Position numbers and translations under genes: made by a program. Shown one piece after another: positions 1 through 13,334 of a stretch of 64,000 nt of DNA. The number at the start of each line of letters is the position of its first letter. Position 1 is the stretch's first letter. The DNA is from Amoebidium appalachense. Lineage: Eukaryota > Protista > Ichthyosporea. Location of the stretch: the NCBI GenBank assembly GCA_963693365.1, contig CAVNZM010000013.1, positions 8,680,940-8,744,939 on the forward strand, written 5' to 3'. The notes under the pieces were generated by a model, which worked only from the letters and a program-made list of their open reading frames with translations, was not told where the DNA came from and made no database searches.

Positions 1-342
1 GAGAGTGTACGCCTGCGTCTGTGACTGTGTTTGCTGTGCGGTCGCTACGGTGGTGTATGGGTTGTAGCGCAGGGTGGCCTGCTGCTGCTGCTGTTGAAAT
101 GTGGGTATGACCTGGTATGTGTCGTGCTGCTGTGTGTGTGTTTGGTGCTGCTGCAGCAGCTGTGTATGCTGTTGCAGCTGGTGCTGCTGCTGAAGAAACT
201 GTTGCTGCTGCTGCAGCAGCAGCTGCTGCGTCTGCTGGGACTGCCCAGACATGTCCGTTCCACGACCCAACAGCTGCAAGGTAGCTTGCTTGCTCCCCCC
301 ATGCCCGGTTGGCCAGAGGTACGTGCCTGGGTCTTGTGACAT
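1..342 (-). CDS. 5' part of a gene with a Gln/Thr-rich low-complexity N-terminus (possible transcription regulator); continues beyond the window
   Basis: ATG at 342 opens a stop-free frame to position 1: MSQDPGTYLWPTGHGGSKQATLQLLGRGTDMSGQSQQTQQLLLQQQQQFLQQQHQ...QTQAYTL. It is absent from the ORF track because its stop lies outside the window. No domain is visible. Confidence 0.55.
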   Translation of the reverse strand, partial: MSQDPGTYLWPTGHGGSKQATLQLLGRGTDMSGQSQQTQQLLLQQQQQFLQQQHQLQQHTQLLQQHQTHTQQHDTYQVIPTFQQQQQQATLRYNPYTTVATAQQTQSQTQAYTL

Positions 343-3087
343 CAATGTATGGTCATGCCGCTGTGCGCGTGTTTTGGGGAAAAGCAACTGTTCTCATTTA
401 ACAGTACCAGAAAATATGTATTCTCGGATTACGGCGAGGAAAAATTCGCCACCAAATTCGAGCGCAAAAATGTGTTAGCTGTTTGTAATGTGTCCTACTA
501 TAGCCCCTTAAAAACCGCGACGAAAGGGGGGAAAATTACTAATGATAGCACTAACCCCTTAACACTGAACCGTTCATGCTTTGAGAAGAGTCTGCGGGGA
601 CAGTACCATCAACTTGACTAAAGGCTGTACGAACGAGGAAAAAAACGGCCTCTGTTGAATTTAATTTGCTTGTGTTTGTGATGAAAGCAAACTTGTTGTT
701 GTTCTACACTACTGTCGGCTTGCACAGGGCACTACGCAGAGAAACAGTCTGTCTGTAGGAACTTATGAAATAAAACTAAAAAGTATACAATAATAACAGC
801 ATATTAGACAATTAGAAGAAAAAATCTAATGCCGGGTTATTCGACACGACAACGTGGGCCCGAAAATTCAGAATGAACCGAAGGCTGAGGACCGAGTTCA
901 ACGGACTTGCGTGCACTATCACTCGTGATGATCCGCATGGCGTGAAACACGCCAAGAGATACAAACGATATATATCCAATCAGAGCCCGGCGTGGAATGC
1001 ATTACATCAGTACCGTAAGATTTACACTCTCCGTGATTAGTCCAGTGACCATAGCCTACTAATTATAGCTAGAAATGTTTATTTTTATATTATATTTTTA
1101 AAGATATTACATATAATACCAGATATATGGGTAATACGGCTTTACAGATGCCTGTTTTCCTGGAAGCTTGAACTCTATGGCGTTGACTCACAGAGAGAAT
1201 GACGAACGATTGGTCGGGTGAAATCGCTTTTTAGGTAGATCTGAGATCAGCCAATGCAACGTGTGCATTTCTGGGACTATAAGGCCCCAGCGGAAATCCA
1301 GCACTAAAATCTATTAGAAAACAAAAGAACTACAAATTAAACAATAAATTAATATTAAAAATTGTTCTTTGCGTAATACTTAGCAGCATATGCCAATAAA
1401 AGTAACTCTGTAATTATTTATTGCTTCACCTTTGCGGTCGGCAAAAACGCAGAGAATCTGCCCCTCTCTGAGAATTGTTCCGGATACCAATCGGGTGAAC
1501 GCATCATTAGATCACTACCGGGCCACATGCCTTATTACGGTATCCCCTGACACTCGAAATTTCCCTTTTCCCAAAAGTGTTGTTTCTCAAAATTCCTTTA
1601 GCGGTTAACCCATTAGAAAAGGTTTTTAGGTTTGCATGGTTTGGTTTAGACTATTGCCCTCCAGACTATGGCTTTTCCACTTCTTTGAGAAGTAGAGTCT
1701 GTTTTATGAGCGGAAGCAATAAGCTCATTATTGCGATACAAACCTGTGGGACAGCTTATACTATGCTTACTAAGACCCTATGGTTGATCACCACTGAATC
1801 CTGGAATATTCATTTGGATATGTCGGTCTTTGATTTGTTTTATTGAAGTCTAGGGGAGCATCCTGCATGTAGGTCTGTAGTAATGATATACTCTTGGAAA
1901 TATTGAGGTTGGGCTGCTAATAACAGTCTACGATACACGCGAATTATATGCGGGTCCCAATACATATTCTGGGGTTTTATTGGAATATATCAATTGCCTG
2001 TCACTGGCTGCTGGCGCAGCCGCTGCAGCTGCATGCTGAATATTCGAAACGACTTGTCGACATATAATATTAATAATAAAACCACATATGCATGCATCAG
2101 CTTTCATTTTCAGGAATACATCGGGCTGGATTTTAAATCACTTAGCTCCTCCCATGGCCATGCAAAGATATTTGAAAAGTCCACTAATATACATGTCGTG
2201 GCCATTGTACACTCGTTTGGAAATAATCAAACAACAATTCCTTCGCTGGTGGTCCACTCCCAAACAGTAATGGATAAAAGTATATGTCTTATGAGATATA
2301 TCCACAGTTGAAAATACACGAACTGGCAAATCGTCGATATTGGCTACATTTGGCAATATATAGACATCAAAATATGGATTTCACTACTTATAAAATGACA
2401 CATCCAGCTGATTGTGGACTTTTATTATTACAGTGTATATGAATCATGTAAACTGTGACACAGACTTGGCGTCTGTGAGATATATTACTTTTTGGATATC
2501 TCCCAGCCTCATTGGGATTCCCGGGCGACAGCTGTAAGGAGCTGTTATGCGATTGGTCGTCACTGCCCACGCTAGGATGTCGCTATCCCAAAATTGAATA
2601 GTTTGGAACAAAAAAGCACATACACTCCGCACACATATGTATACGGTATATATACATATCTTCTCGAAAACGAAATATATTTTGTAATTGCTTGGATTGA
2701 ATAATTAATTTCCGACCAGAGGTACACATAGCCAGGCGTCCCGGCTTTCACAATATATATATTACGTGGTGTATGTCACGACTTGGTCACGACGGCCGGC
2801 GAGCCACGATGGAAGCTGGCCCTCGACCTCGTGGATGGCCCAGGCCGGGACTCTCGACCGAGTCGATGGCCGTCGGCCACGTGGCCCAACAGCGATATAT
2901 CGTTGACCATGACATGTGCACACAGCTGCACAGCTAAGAAACTACTCAATAGTTTCGACCAGGCATGCCCAGGTAACCGTTATTAGTCGTGGCATTCTTG
3001 AGTGTGTATGTTATGTAGGACCGTTCATTCACGGCCGTGTTTTTGGTTTTTTTCCTTCTTATTTTTGTCTTTCAGATTTGGAAGCCT

Positions 3088-3121
<34 letters not shown>

Positions 3122-3419
3122 ACACACACACCGTGACAGGCTTCAAGTCGCAATCATCATAGTCTGACAGACGTCAGTGCGTGTTTGCGTGCGCACATAT
3201 GTGCCGCATATATGTATGCATGGTCCAACACAATTTGTGAGGCCCTGACTATTGGTGTTACTATCCACTATCACTTTATTCTTGGTGTGAAATTGTGCAC
3301 TCATTCTCACACACATGTAAATTCTGATAAAAGGGGTGTGTTACAGTAGTAAATACTTCGTGTTTGTGACAGTCGCCCCCTAGAGTCACCGGCGTGGTGT
3401 GAGACACTTTTTCAGTGAC

Positions 3420-4010
<591 letters not shown>

Positions 4011-4730
4011 ACTGTGTTATTGTTGTTTTGTACGGGTCTAAGGGAGCAGAGTGCACAGAGGTGTCATGTAAAACACGACCAACACAATAAAGAGAGGGTA
4101 ATCGGAGTTGTTCACGACACATGAAAGATTTCAAACAATAACTGACCTTTTATTGTGCTCTCGAGTCTTTTTGTACTTGCAACTTCTTATCTCAACTAAA
4201 AGAGGAGAACCAATCGGTTCTATCAGATGATAGAAAAACACATTCCGACAGAGCATATGCATTCCAACTTCCGACATAACAGAAGCTTAGAAACTCTTAC
4301 TTAAATAACCTAAGTAATTATACATCTTGTCACTATTACTACACATATATATTTATACTCGTCTCTATAAAGAAATTCATTTAAATACATATATTTCCTA
4401 ATAGTCGACACTCTCAAAGTGAAGACACAATACGATAAACCGAGTTCCATACATCTCTATTGTGTCCAATCATAACACGTATATTAATAGACAGGAATGC
4501 ACAACACGATCTATAGATGTACTCACTCGCGACTATTGGTGAGTCATCTTATTGTGAACTAAAACTAAACCTCTTTGAACTAAAACAAAGACAACGAATA
4601 TAGCTAGCCATTCACGCTACCTCTCAGATAAACAGAGGAGAGCAAACACAGATAAAATACAATAAGTTCTATCAGGCAAGAGAGCCAGGTGTGCACAGAT
4701 CTACAGATATCTGTGCACACAGAAACAAAG

Positions 4731-4746
4731 GAGAGAGAGAGATACG

Positions 4747-4779
<33 letters not shown>

Positions 4780-5230
4780 GGGAGAAAGAAAGAAAAGAGA
4801 AAAAGGGAGAGAGGGGGGGAGAGCACAAGGAGAGCAGACACGAATACAAAAAGCTAAGACACATACATACTTCAAGACTCTTGCTGTCATACATAGTGAC
4901 GTATTCCAATATCCCCACTCAAGGGGTTGAAGTTTGTGTTCTCGTGTCTGTTGATGTGACGGTAGATGAGGTCCTAACACATGGGGCCGTCACACACAAG
5001 TCTCCCCACTCGAGGATGCAAACTGAAGGGAGAGAGAGAGATAGGGGGGGGGGGGGGGGGGGGGGGGGAGGGTTTGAGAGAGAAAAAGAGAGAGAGAGAG
5101 AAAGAAAGAAAAGAGAAAAAGGGAGAGAGGGGGGAGAGCACGAAAAAGGAGAGCAGACACGAATACAAACAAAGCTAAGACACATACATACTCTAAGACT
5201 CTTGCTGTCCTACGTAGTGACGTATTCCAA
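4731..5230. repeat. Diverged direct duplication (~180-200-bp units, ~300-bp period)
   Basis: The block gagagagagat-polyG-agaaagaaaagagaaaaagggagag...gagcagacacgaatacaa...aagctaagacacatacatact...gactcttgctgtc...tagtgacgtattccaa occurs at ~4731-4908 and ~5031-5230. Confidence 0.85.
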
Positions 5231-5737
5231 CAGTTATTGGCGATGCATGTGCATGCATGTGTGACGTTTGTGTGTCAGGGATATTGATACGGGGGGCGGG
5301 GAGGGGGGGGGGGGGGGGGGGGGGGGGAGGGGGGGGAGGGGGGGGGGGGGGGGAGGGGGAGGGGGGAGGGGGGTGAAGGGGGGGGGGGGAGGCAGGCACG
5401 GGGGGTACACACGTACAGTGAGTGAGAGAAAAGGCAGTAATAAAGGTGCACATGTACGTTGGGACTCCGGATCCCTATCGTAAAAACGGTTTTTTTGAGT
5501 TTCCTTATATGGGCAATCCAATCGAACCGGATTCGATCTGGACCAATCATAAATACCCGTGGAAAAGGTTTTTCAACTTTTTCTCAGCTACACCGTAGGG
5601 GTTCCCTATCCCGTAACCGCTTTCACGTGAAATTTTAACGATGTTTTCGTGGATGGGTGTGCCACAGTTACGATTGCGTGCATAGCCACATGGTGTGACA
5701 GTTAGGGAGGGTGTGTGAGCCTATGTAGTACGTATCC

Positions 5738-5910
5738 GAGCAGAATTATTCTGCAAAGAGCAGATTTATTCCGAAAAAACAAAATGGTTCTGCACTTGAA
5801 GCAGAATTACTCTGCTTGGAACAAATGTATTCTACTGCATTGCGCAGAATAATTCTGCTTCTTGCAGAGGAATTCAGAATGATTCTGTTCCAAGCGGAAT
5901 AATTCTGCTC
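5738..5910. mobile_element. MITE/foldback-like element built from repeated GCAGAATWATTCTGC palindromes
   Basis: Left end gagcagaattattctgc is the reverse complement of right end gcggaataattctgctc (1 mismatch in 17). Further degenerate copies of the palindrome lie inside, plus the inverted pair gcttggaaca/tgttccaagc. Confidence 0.55.
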
Positions 5911-7737
5911 AAAATAATTATATAATTACTCGCTTAGACCATAATGCTTCCGCTGCCGATGTGGTTGAGCTCGAAAAGACTTTTTTTATAGTATTACCGC
6001 TACGGTATCATGTTAGGGACTAATTAGCTACTGCGGCCCCAGGGAACCTATAAAATTTATCAATCGTAAACACTCAATCTGCTGTAGACGGGCAAAGCGG
6101 AATTTGTGTTTGAAGTGTGAATGTGTATGGGTATGTATTTGCGTGTCGCACACCGGTGTATCTGCATGTACACGTGCATGCACGTGTATGTGAGTGAGTT
6201 GTGTGTGTACGCCCATCTATAGATAGAATGTCTGCACATGTGCAGGTGTGGCGTGTGTGCGTGTGCGTGCGCAGGTGCTTGCATGCGGGTGTGTGTGCGT
6301 GCGCGCGGGCGGGCGCGCGGGCGGGCAGGTGTGCGGGCATGCGTGCGTGTCATGATGCGTGCGTGGGGGTGTGTGTGCAACACGTGTGCAAGAAAAGTGC
6401 TGACTTACGGCAAAAGTCCCTACTATTCTCGCCTGACTAGCAGAGTGTACACACTACAACTAACACGTACCTGGGCACACATGCATATGAATGAGAGTAT
6501 ACGTGGGTGATCAGGCCACTAAACTAACAGACATAAACACGTGCAGAGTGGTGCTGGGCAATGCACGATGCCACAGCACTAACAGAGAGGGTAGTGTGGA
6601 GAGGTAGAAACACAGTTGCATGTTCTGTCAATCTACGTCTAATTTATTATGCTCGATTCTCACCTATTTATCTGCCGCAGGCAGATTCCATGAATACAGA
6701 TCTATCCAAAGGTATTTGCGCATCTGATTGGCAAATACTATGAATACTATAAATCTGACCAATCATATAACGACACGTACATGAACGGAAATCAAACTGC
6801 ATTCCCCTCATACGGTCCAATCGCAGACAAAACACCCGACTACACAGAAAACATGAAAAGCATGCACAACAATTGTCGGATGCGTGCTTTCCTCTCGCTG
6901 TCGCCAATAGCTAAACAAACTATGAATACCACACGTGCCTAATGAATAACAGAGGGCAAACAAGAGCATGCCGGACATGCTTATGAAATAAAGGGTGATA
7001 AAGCACAAATAAACGATCGTACCTAACTATGTATGCTATGTGCTCGTGCAACCTGTGTAAACCAAAGATGTGCAACTAATGAAGAATCGTGCTGTGCACG
7101 TGCGTGCGAAATGCATATGCCAACTCGTGCACTATTGTTGTATATTCTGGCAACGTGTAGTACGTTACACTGTGCTCTTGCTGCCGTCAATGCGGCGGTA
7201 GTACCATACTAGAACTAATAGTTAACTCAGGGTCAGTAGCAGGAGCCAATGCAGGGAGTCTCGCGTGCCCACTTGCAACTAATGGGGAAGACCTAACCCA
7301 TTTTTAGTCCACAAGGACGCTGGGGGATACTTTGCAACGATAAGCCGGGGTGAGGCCTTTTGGCAACTAAATGTTCGTGTATTTGTGTGTGTGTGTGTGT
7401 GTGTGCGTTGGGGGGGGGGGGGGGGGGGGGGGGGGAATGTGTCAATGATTAAGAGTACATATGTATTGTTATGTGTGTGTTGTGAGCGGCTGCCCGGCAT
7501 GCGCGTTCAATTTTCAAGTCTACACTACAGCGGGGTAAAATTATGTGGGCCATGCATTTGCAGGCTACTGCTATATTTACGTTTTGGGCTTGAATATTCA
7601 AAACCGCTAGCAGATTCGATCACATATCAAGATATCATGATGGCATATGATATATGCATGTCATGGCAGCCGAAGGGGGTGCCCTTCTCTCTCTATCTCT
7701 CTCTCTCCCCCCCCCCCCCCCCCCCCCCCCCTCCCCC

Positions 7738-7768
<31 letters not shown>

Positions 7769-8401
7769 AAAAAAAAAAAAAAAACCCCTTCCCTTCACCC
7801 CTCCCCTCCCTCTCCTGCTCCTCCTCCTCCCGCTTCGAATTCAAGTCTGAGAATACCTATAAAACAGTTAGACACCGTCATCTACTGGTGCAATCTGGGC
7901 ACACAAACACACATAATAAATATATCCGGTTGTGCATCCTTCAGCGCTTGTTTCTTTTCCTGCACGTAGCCACCCCACAGCCACATCATGGCCGGGTTAT
8001 GCACGAGCTGGAAATAAAAAATGATTTGGTTTATTTGCACTCTTCACAAACGAGTAACCCTGCAGGGTAGTGCACATATTGCACAGAGCAACCGGATTTC
8101 ATCGGTCCTACGGCATGAATTTTGTTTAATTTGATTAAGCTTTTTTCAGTTGTTCGTTATTTGTTCCCGGTCCGGATAAGTACGGATATACAGTATGTTT
8201 ATAGCTAAACACCCTACGACCACAGTAATAGTACGCAAACAACATCACCTAATTGTGCATGACGCTTTAACAACCCCGTTGTGCTACAAAGGACATGCTG
8301 GTACATACTGCTTCTATATTCAACTAATGCGGTAACCTAAAATGGTCATACCCTACATGATACCCCCCCCCCCCCCCCCCCCCTCCCCCCCAGGTGATTA
8401 G

Positions 8402-8840
8402 CTACTTGTATTTTGCGGTGCAGACCCTCTCCATGGTCTCCAGGAAGACGTCGGCATGCTTGCGCTGCACAGGCACAGTGTGAGCTGCAGTGTACACTTG
8501 CAAGAGAATCCAACCGGGGTTTAAGGAAAACCCGGCCTCTACAGTTAAATGTGTGATGGTGCCTATGTGTACACAGTTATTCTTACGTGGTTGAAAACAA
8601 TCCGTGCCTTAGGTGCTATACTTTATATGGTCTGTCGATGGGGGAGGAGGAAGGGGGAGGGGGGAGGGGAGACATTCTATCTACAAGAGAAATGCAAAGG
8701 TGAGTTGGGGAGGGGGCATGCACTGCTGTAATCTCTCTCTCTCTCTCTCCCTCTCCCCCTCTCCCTCTCCCCCCCCCCCCCTCCCCCCCCCCCCCCCCCT
8801 CCCCTTCGCAGCCCCCACACACTGTGTGTGTGTTTCCAAG

Positions 8841-8883
<43 letters not shown>

Positions 8884-9123
8884 AAAAAAAAAAACACCTC
8901 ACCAACGGGGTTTCCCCCTTTCACTCGTTGACTTTTCAGCCGTCTTCTTTCTTTTCATTTCAACTTCTTCCTTCCTTAATTTTGAAGTTCTTTACTTACT
9001 TTCCTTCTCTCCTTTTTCCTCGGACCATCTTTCTCTTATTCTTTCTTTTCTTTTCTTCGTCTTCGATTCTTTTGTAAGAAGGTTAAAAAAGAGGGGGCAG
9101 GCGGGGGGCGGGGCGGGGCGGAG

Positions 9124-9155
<32 letters not shown>

Positions 9156-9445
9156 AGCACTCACCTGGAAGACAAGCATGGGGCGTAGGCGGACACTTTG
9201 GTCTCCACAGCCACTGGTGTGCACCCTGCCCTACTGCGTCAGCACGTGTGCCTCCAGAACGAACACACACACACAAACAGTGAGATGGGTGGGCGCATGG
9301 GGGGTAACTGCAGCCCAGGGGATGACAGACACATGCTCTACAGCTGTTCTAATGGCAACCAAGGGAAATACTCCAGAAAGGCATTAATATCATGTCCGCA
9401 CGCCACACAAACACACACACACAGAGACACACAGACACACACACA

Positions 9446-9522
<77 letters not shown>

Positions 9523-9940
9523 GCTCCTTGCATGCTCTGCTTGATCACATCTACCGGCACGTTGCCTCATGCTTGCTCGACAACCTTAACCACCAAGTTG
9601 GCATTACTCCGGCATTCCTTTATATGGTGAATTGCAGTGCCCAAAAAGGAATTCCATCCCATATACAGGCGAAAGCAATCATCGAATCCGACATCGTATT
9701 TGCGCAATGCTGCGAGATGCCTGCTTGGGCCTTTGAGGTGTGTGTGTTGGTCGTGGCTGTGTGTGTACGGGGGCTGGTCTACTTTAATAATTGATGTGTT
9801 AGTGGCCTTTGCTTTGTTATTTCTATGGCAATTTGTGGGTGTTTTGTTGCTGGAATGTGTGAGCGCTTGTGTGTGTTAGGCGTGTTTATGTGTATGTGTG
9901 TGTCTGTCTGTGTTTGTGTGCGTGTGTGTGTTTGTGCGTT

Positions 9941-10004
<64 letters not shown>

Positions 10005-11701
10005 TGAATGCGGAACACAGTACGAAGTACGCATACACGATGAGAAGCATGGTGCAGGACACATGCAAAGGCAAACATTCAACTATGCAGCATCAGCCAT
10101 GCGCACAGTATGCGTCATAAGCAGAGCCCATCCTCAGGGAGGGCCCAAGTCATCAATTGCGTCTGAGTTTCGACCCCTTAGCCCGCGTATATACGACGCT
10201 CCAACTCAGACAGCAGCATCAACTGAACTTGGGTGGGTCAACCCGTCTTGATCAAAGACGAGCAGGGTTGCTTATGCAAGCAAGGTGAGCAAAACGGTGA
10301 AGATGTGTGTGCAAACTAATGCAGTGCAGCGACAAACGCGTGTGCTTACAGATGCACGACACAGAGCAACCATGCCCGGTTGCATGGAAGTAAAGATGTC
10401 TCCACACAGTGGTCTGTCCTGAAAGGACACCTCTGAAAGAAGACAGGGGGGGTTTGAATGCGGAACACAGTACGAAGTACGCATACACGATGAGAAGCAT
10501 GGTGCAGGACACATGCAAAGGCAAACATTCAACTATGCAGCATCAGCCATGCGCACAGTATGCGTCATAAGCAGAGCCCATCCTCAGGGAGGGCCCAAGT
10601 CATCAATTGCGTCTGAGTTTCGACCCCTTAGCCCGCGTATATACGACGCTCCAACTCAGACAGCAGCATCAACTGAACTTGGGTGGGTCAACCCGTCTTG
10701 ATCAAAGACGAGCAGGGTTGCTTATGCAAGCAAGGTGAGCAAAACGGTGAAGATGTGTGTGCAAACTAATGCAGTGCAGCGACAAACGCGTGTGCTTACA
10801 GATGCACGACACAGAGCAACCATGCCCGGTTGCATGGAAGTAAAGATGTCTCCACACAGTGGTCTGTCCTGAAAGGACACCTGGGGGAGGGGGAGAGAGA
10901 GCCTGGGGGTCAGGGTACGTACCCAGCCATGCGCATGGCCATGACCAAGCTGTCTCTCTCGGCCGGACTCGGGCAGTCAAAGGCCATCACAAAGCCCTGC
11001 AGCACGTGACGTCAGCACAAAGGGGGTGCTGGGCCCAGCATATGGCTCACAGCACTATTATTATTGGGGCTGGGTAGCCGGGTTACGTGGCAGTTTGCAT
11101 GCACCAGAGCATATGCATATGCACGATTGATCTGCTAGTGAACCACATCTGCAAAAATTAAAATACATAGGCCCCACACATCCTTGGGGGACCACCGTGA
11201 CACGCATCAGACCCAACACATGGTGGCAGTATCTGGGGGGGGCACCCACCTGCCCCCTTGGGTTGATGATTGTGTTGTCTGGTAGGCGGGATGCAACCTC
11301 GGTGATGCCTGCTAGCAGGTAGGCCCCCACATCCGTCACATTGGAAAGCAGGTCGCAGCGCTCAAACTCATTGGCTAGCGTGCGCGCATACAGCAGGCGC
11401 ACTGGGTCACCCATCCACCTGTATGTGTGTGGGGAGGTGGGGGTGGGGGGAGAGGGGGTTTGAAGGTCTGCTGTTGTTGACCTAGATAAAGGTTTGCCGC
11501 ACATATATGCTACAGGAGCAGTATAAAATAGAGAGGTAAAGGTTCCACCGGCACACGGATACACAAGAGTCACAACAGAACACACGGGTGAGCCGAGTCT
11601 TGCCATGCTTGTGTTACGGGCTAGAAGGGAGGTGGTGGAAGACAGAGCTAGGGGGGGCATGCCAAGGCTTTTTTATTTATTTTTTTTTTCTCTTTTTTTC
11701 T

Positions 11702-11781
<80 letters not shown>

Positions 11782-12517
11782 GGGGGAGAGGAAGGGAGAG
11801 ATACAGGCCACAGGACGAACATGTAGAGAAGAGAGAACGGCTACGGACTCAGGTGACACACCCAAGTGCAGGCCATCAGCATAGCAATCTAGGACACATC
11901 GATAAGGCACACAAGGCACCCACCGAGTATGCTACGGCCCAACTGTGGCATCACTTCACTTCACTTAAGTTTGCGTGGTTGTGTGCGTGTGTGTCTGTAT
12001 GTATGTATGTGTGTGTGTGTGTGTGTGCGCGCGCGCGTGTGTGTGCGCGCGCTTGTGTGTGTGTGTGTGTGTGTACGCACACGCGCGCACGCGTTGAACC
12101 CCCGGGGAGAGGGGGGGGGGGGAGGTTATGGACATACGTGTTGAAGTTGCGGTAGGGCAGGTTGGGGCGCAGCTCGGCATTGTGGAAGAACCCAGCAGCC
12201 TGAGGGGGGATATGAGCCAATCAGATGCCAAGGACAGTGGGGGTGTGCATGCTGCCAGGGGAGATCAACGGTGTTTGCAAATACGTTGCGGCATGCTGTT
12301 GGCTGACCCCCCCTACCACACTACACAATCCCCCGCACCATACCACCCACCTAAGCACCCATACCGGACTAATCACCTCCCCACAGCCCCCCACCCCCCA
12401 TACCCCACTACCCCCCCCCCCCCCTCCTCTCCCCCCCCCTCCCCCCGTTTCCCCCAATACCCCATCACACACCACCGTACCACACTGCACTTTCCCCATA
12501 CCATTCCGCAACCCCCC

Positions 12518-12551
<34 letters not shown>

Positions 12552-13261
12552 CCCATTTACCCACCCCCCCCCCCCCCCCTCCCCCCCCCGGTACCATACT
12601 AAACATCCCCCATATCGTACTAACCTCCCCCCACCAATATCCCAATATCCCCCCCTCCCCCTCCCCCCCCTCTCGCCCCGTACCACACTAAACATTCCCT
12701 ATACCAAACATCCCCCACCCCTCCCCACGCCACACCCACGCACCTGCATCTTCTTTGAGAATGTGACGATATCAGGGGCCTCGGGCAGGTCCCAGTATTC
12801 GTGTGCCCACATCTTGCCCGTGGCCCCCACCCCAGTCTGCACCTGCATGGGACCAAAGGCAAAAATGTGAGGGGTTGCCAGTGCATCACATCCCAGAAGA
12901 CCCCCCCCCCCCCTCCCCCCCCCCCCCCCCCGCCTCTTTCCCTCCCCCCCCCTCCCCCTCCCTCCCTTCCCCACCTACACACCCACCCACCACCACCTCC
13001 GCCACAACAACAACACCGGACATACACACACATCACACCAGTCTCCTTCACCTCCACCACTGCAAAAAGAGCACACAGAAACCAGAAACCGTGAGGTCAG
13101 CCAATCAATCAATCACCTTAGGCCAAACCAGTAGCCTAATAAATGCCTCTGTACATGTGTGTGTGTCCGCTTGTATGCAGGGTGCATGCAAAAAAAGCAA
13201 ATTATTTTTTTAGTTGAATGGGGTGTGTGGTGGTGGTGGTGGTGGTAGTGGTGCTGTGTAT

Positions 13262-13334
<73 letters not shown>

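Noticed and set aside
2088-2270. DIRS-type RT/RNase H fragment (…FLRWW…)
   Set aside because: No YxDD or TDAS motif nearby; the resemblance is too weak.
10116-10276. Hammerhead ribozyme/retrozyme reading (CUGAGGA and GAAAC on the minus strand, tandem copies)
   Set aside because: The two motifs cannot be joined by stems I-III in any hammerhead permutation, and GAAAC is occupied in another helix.
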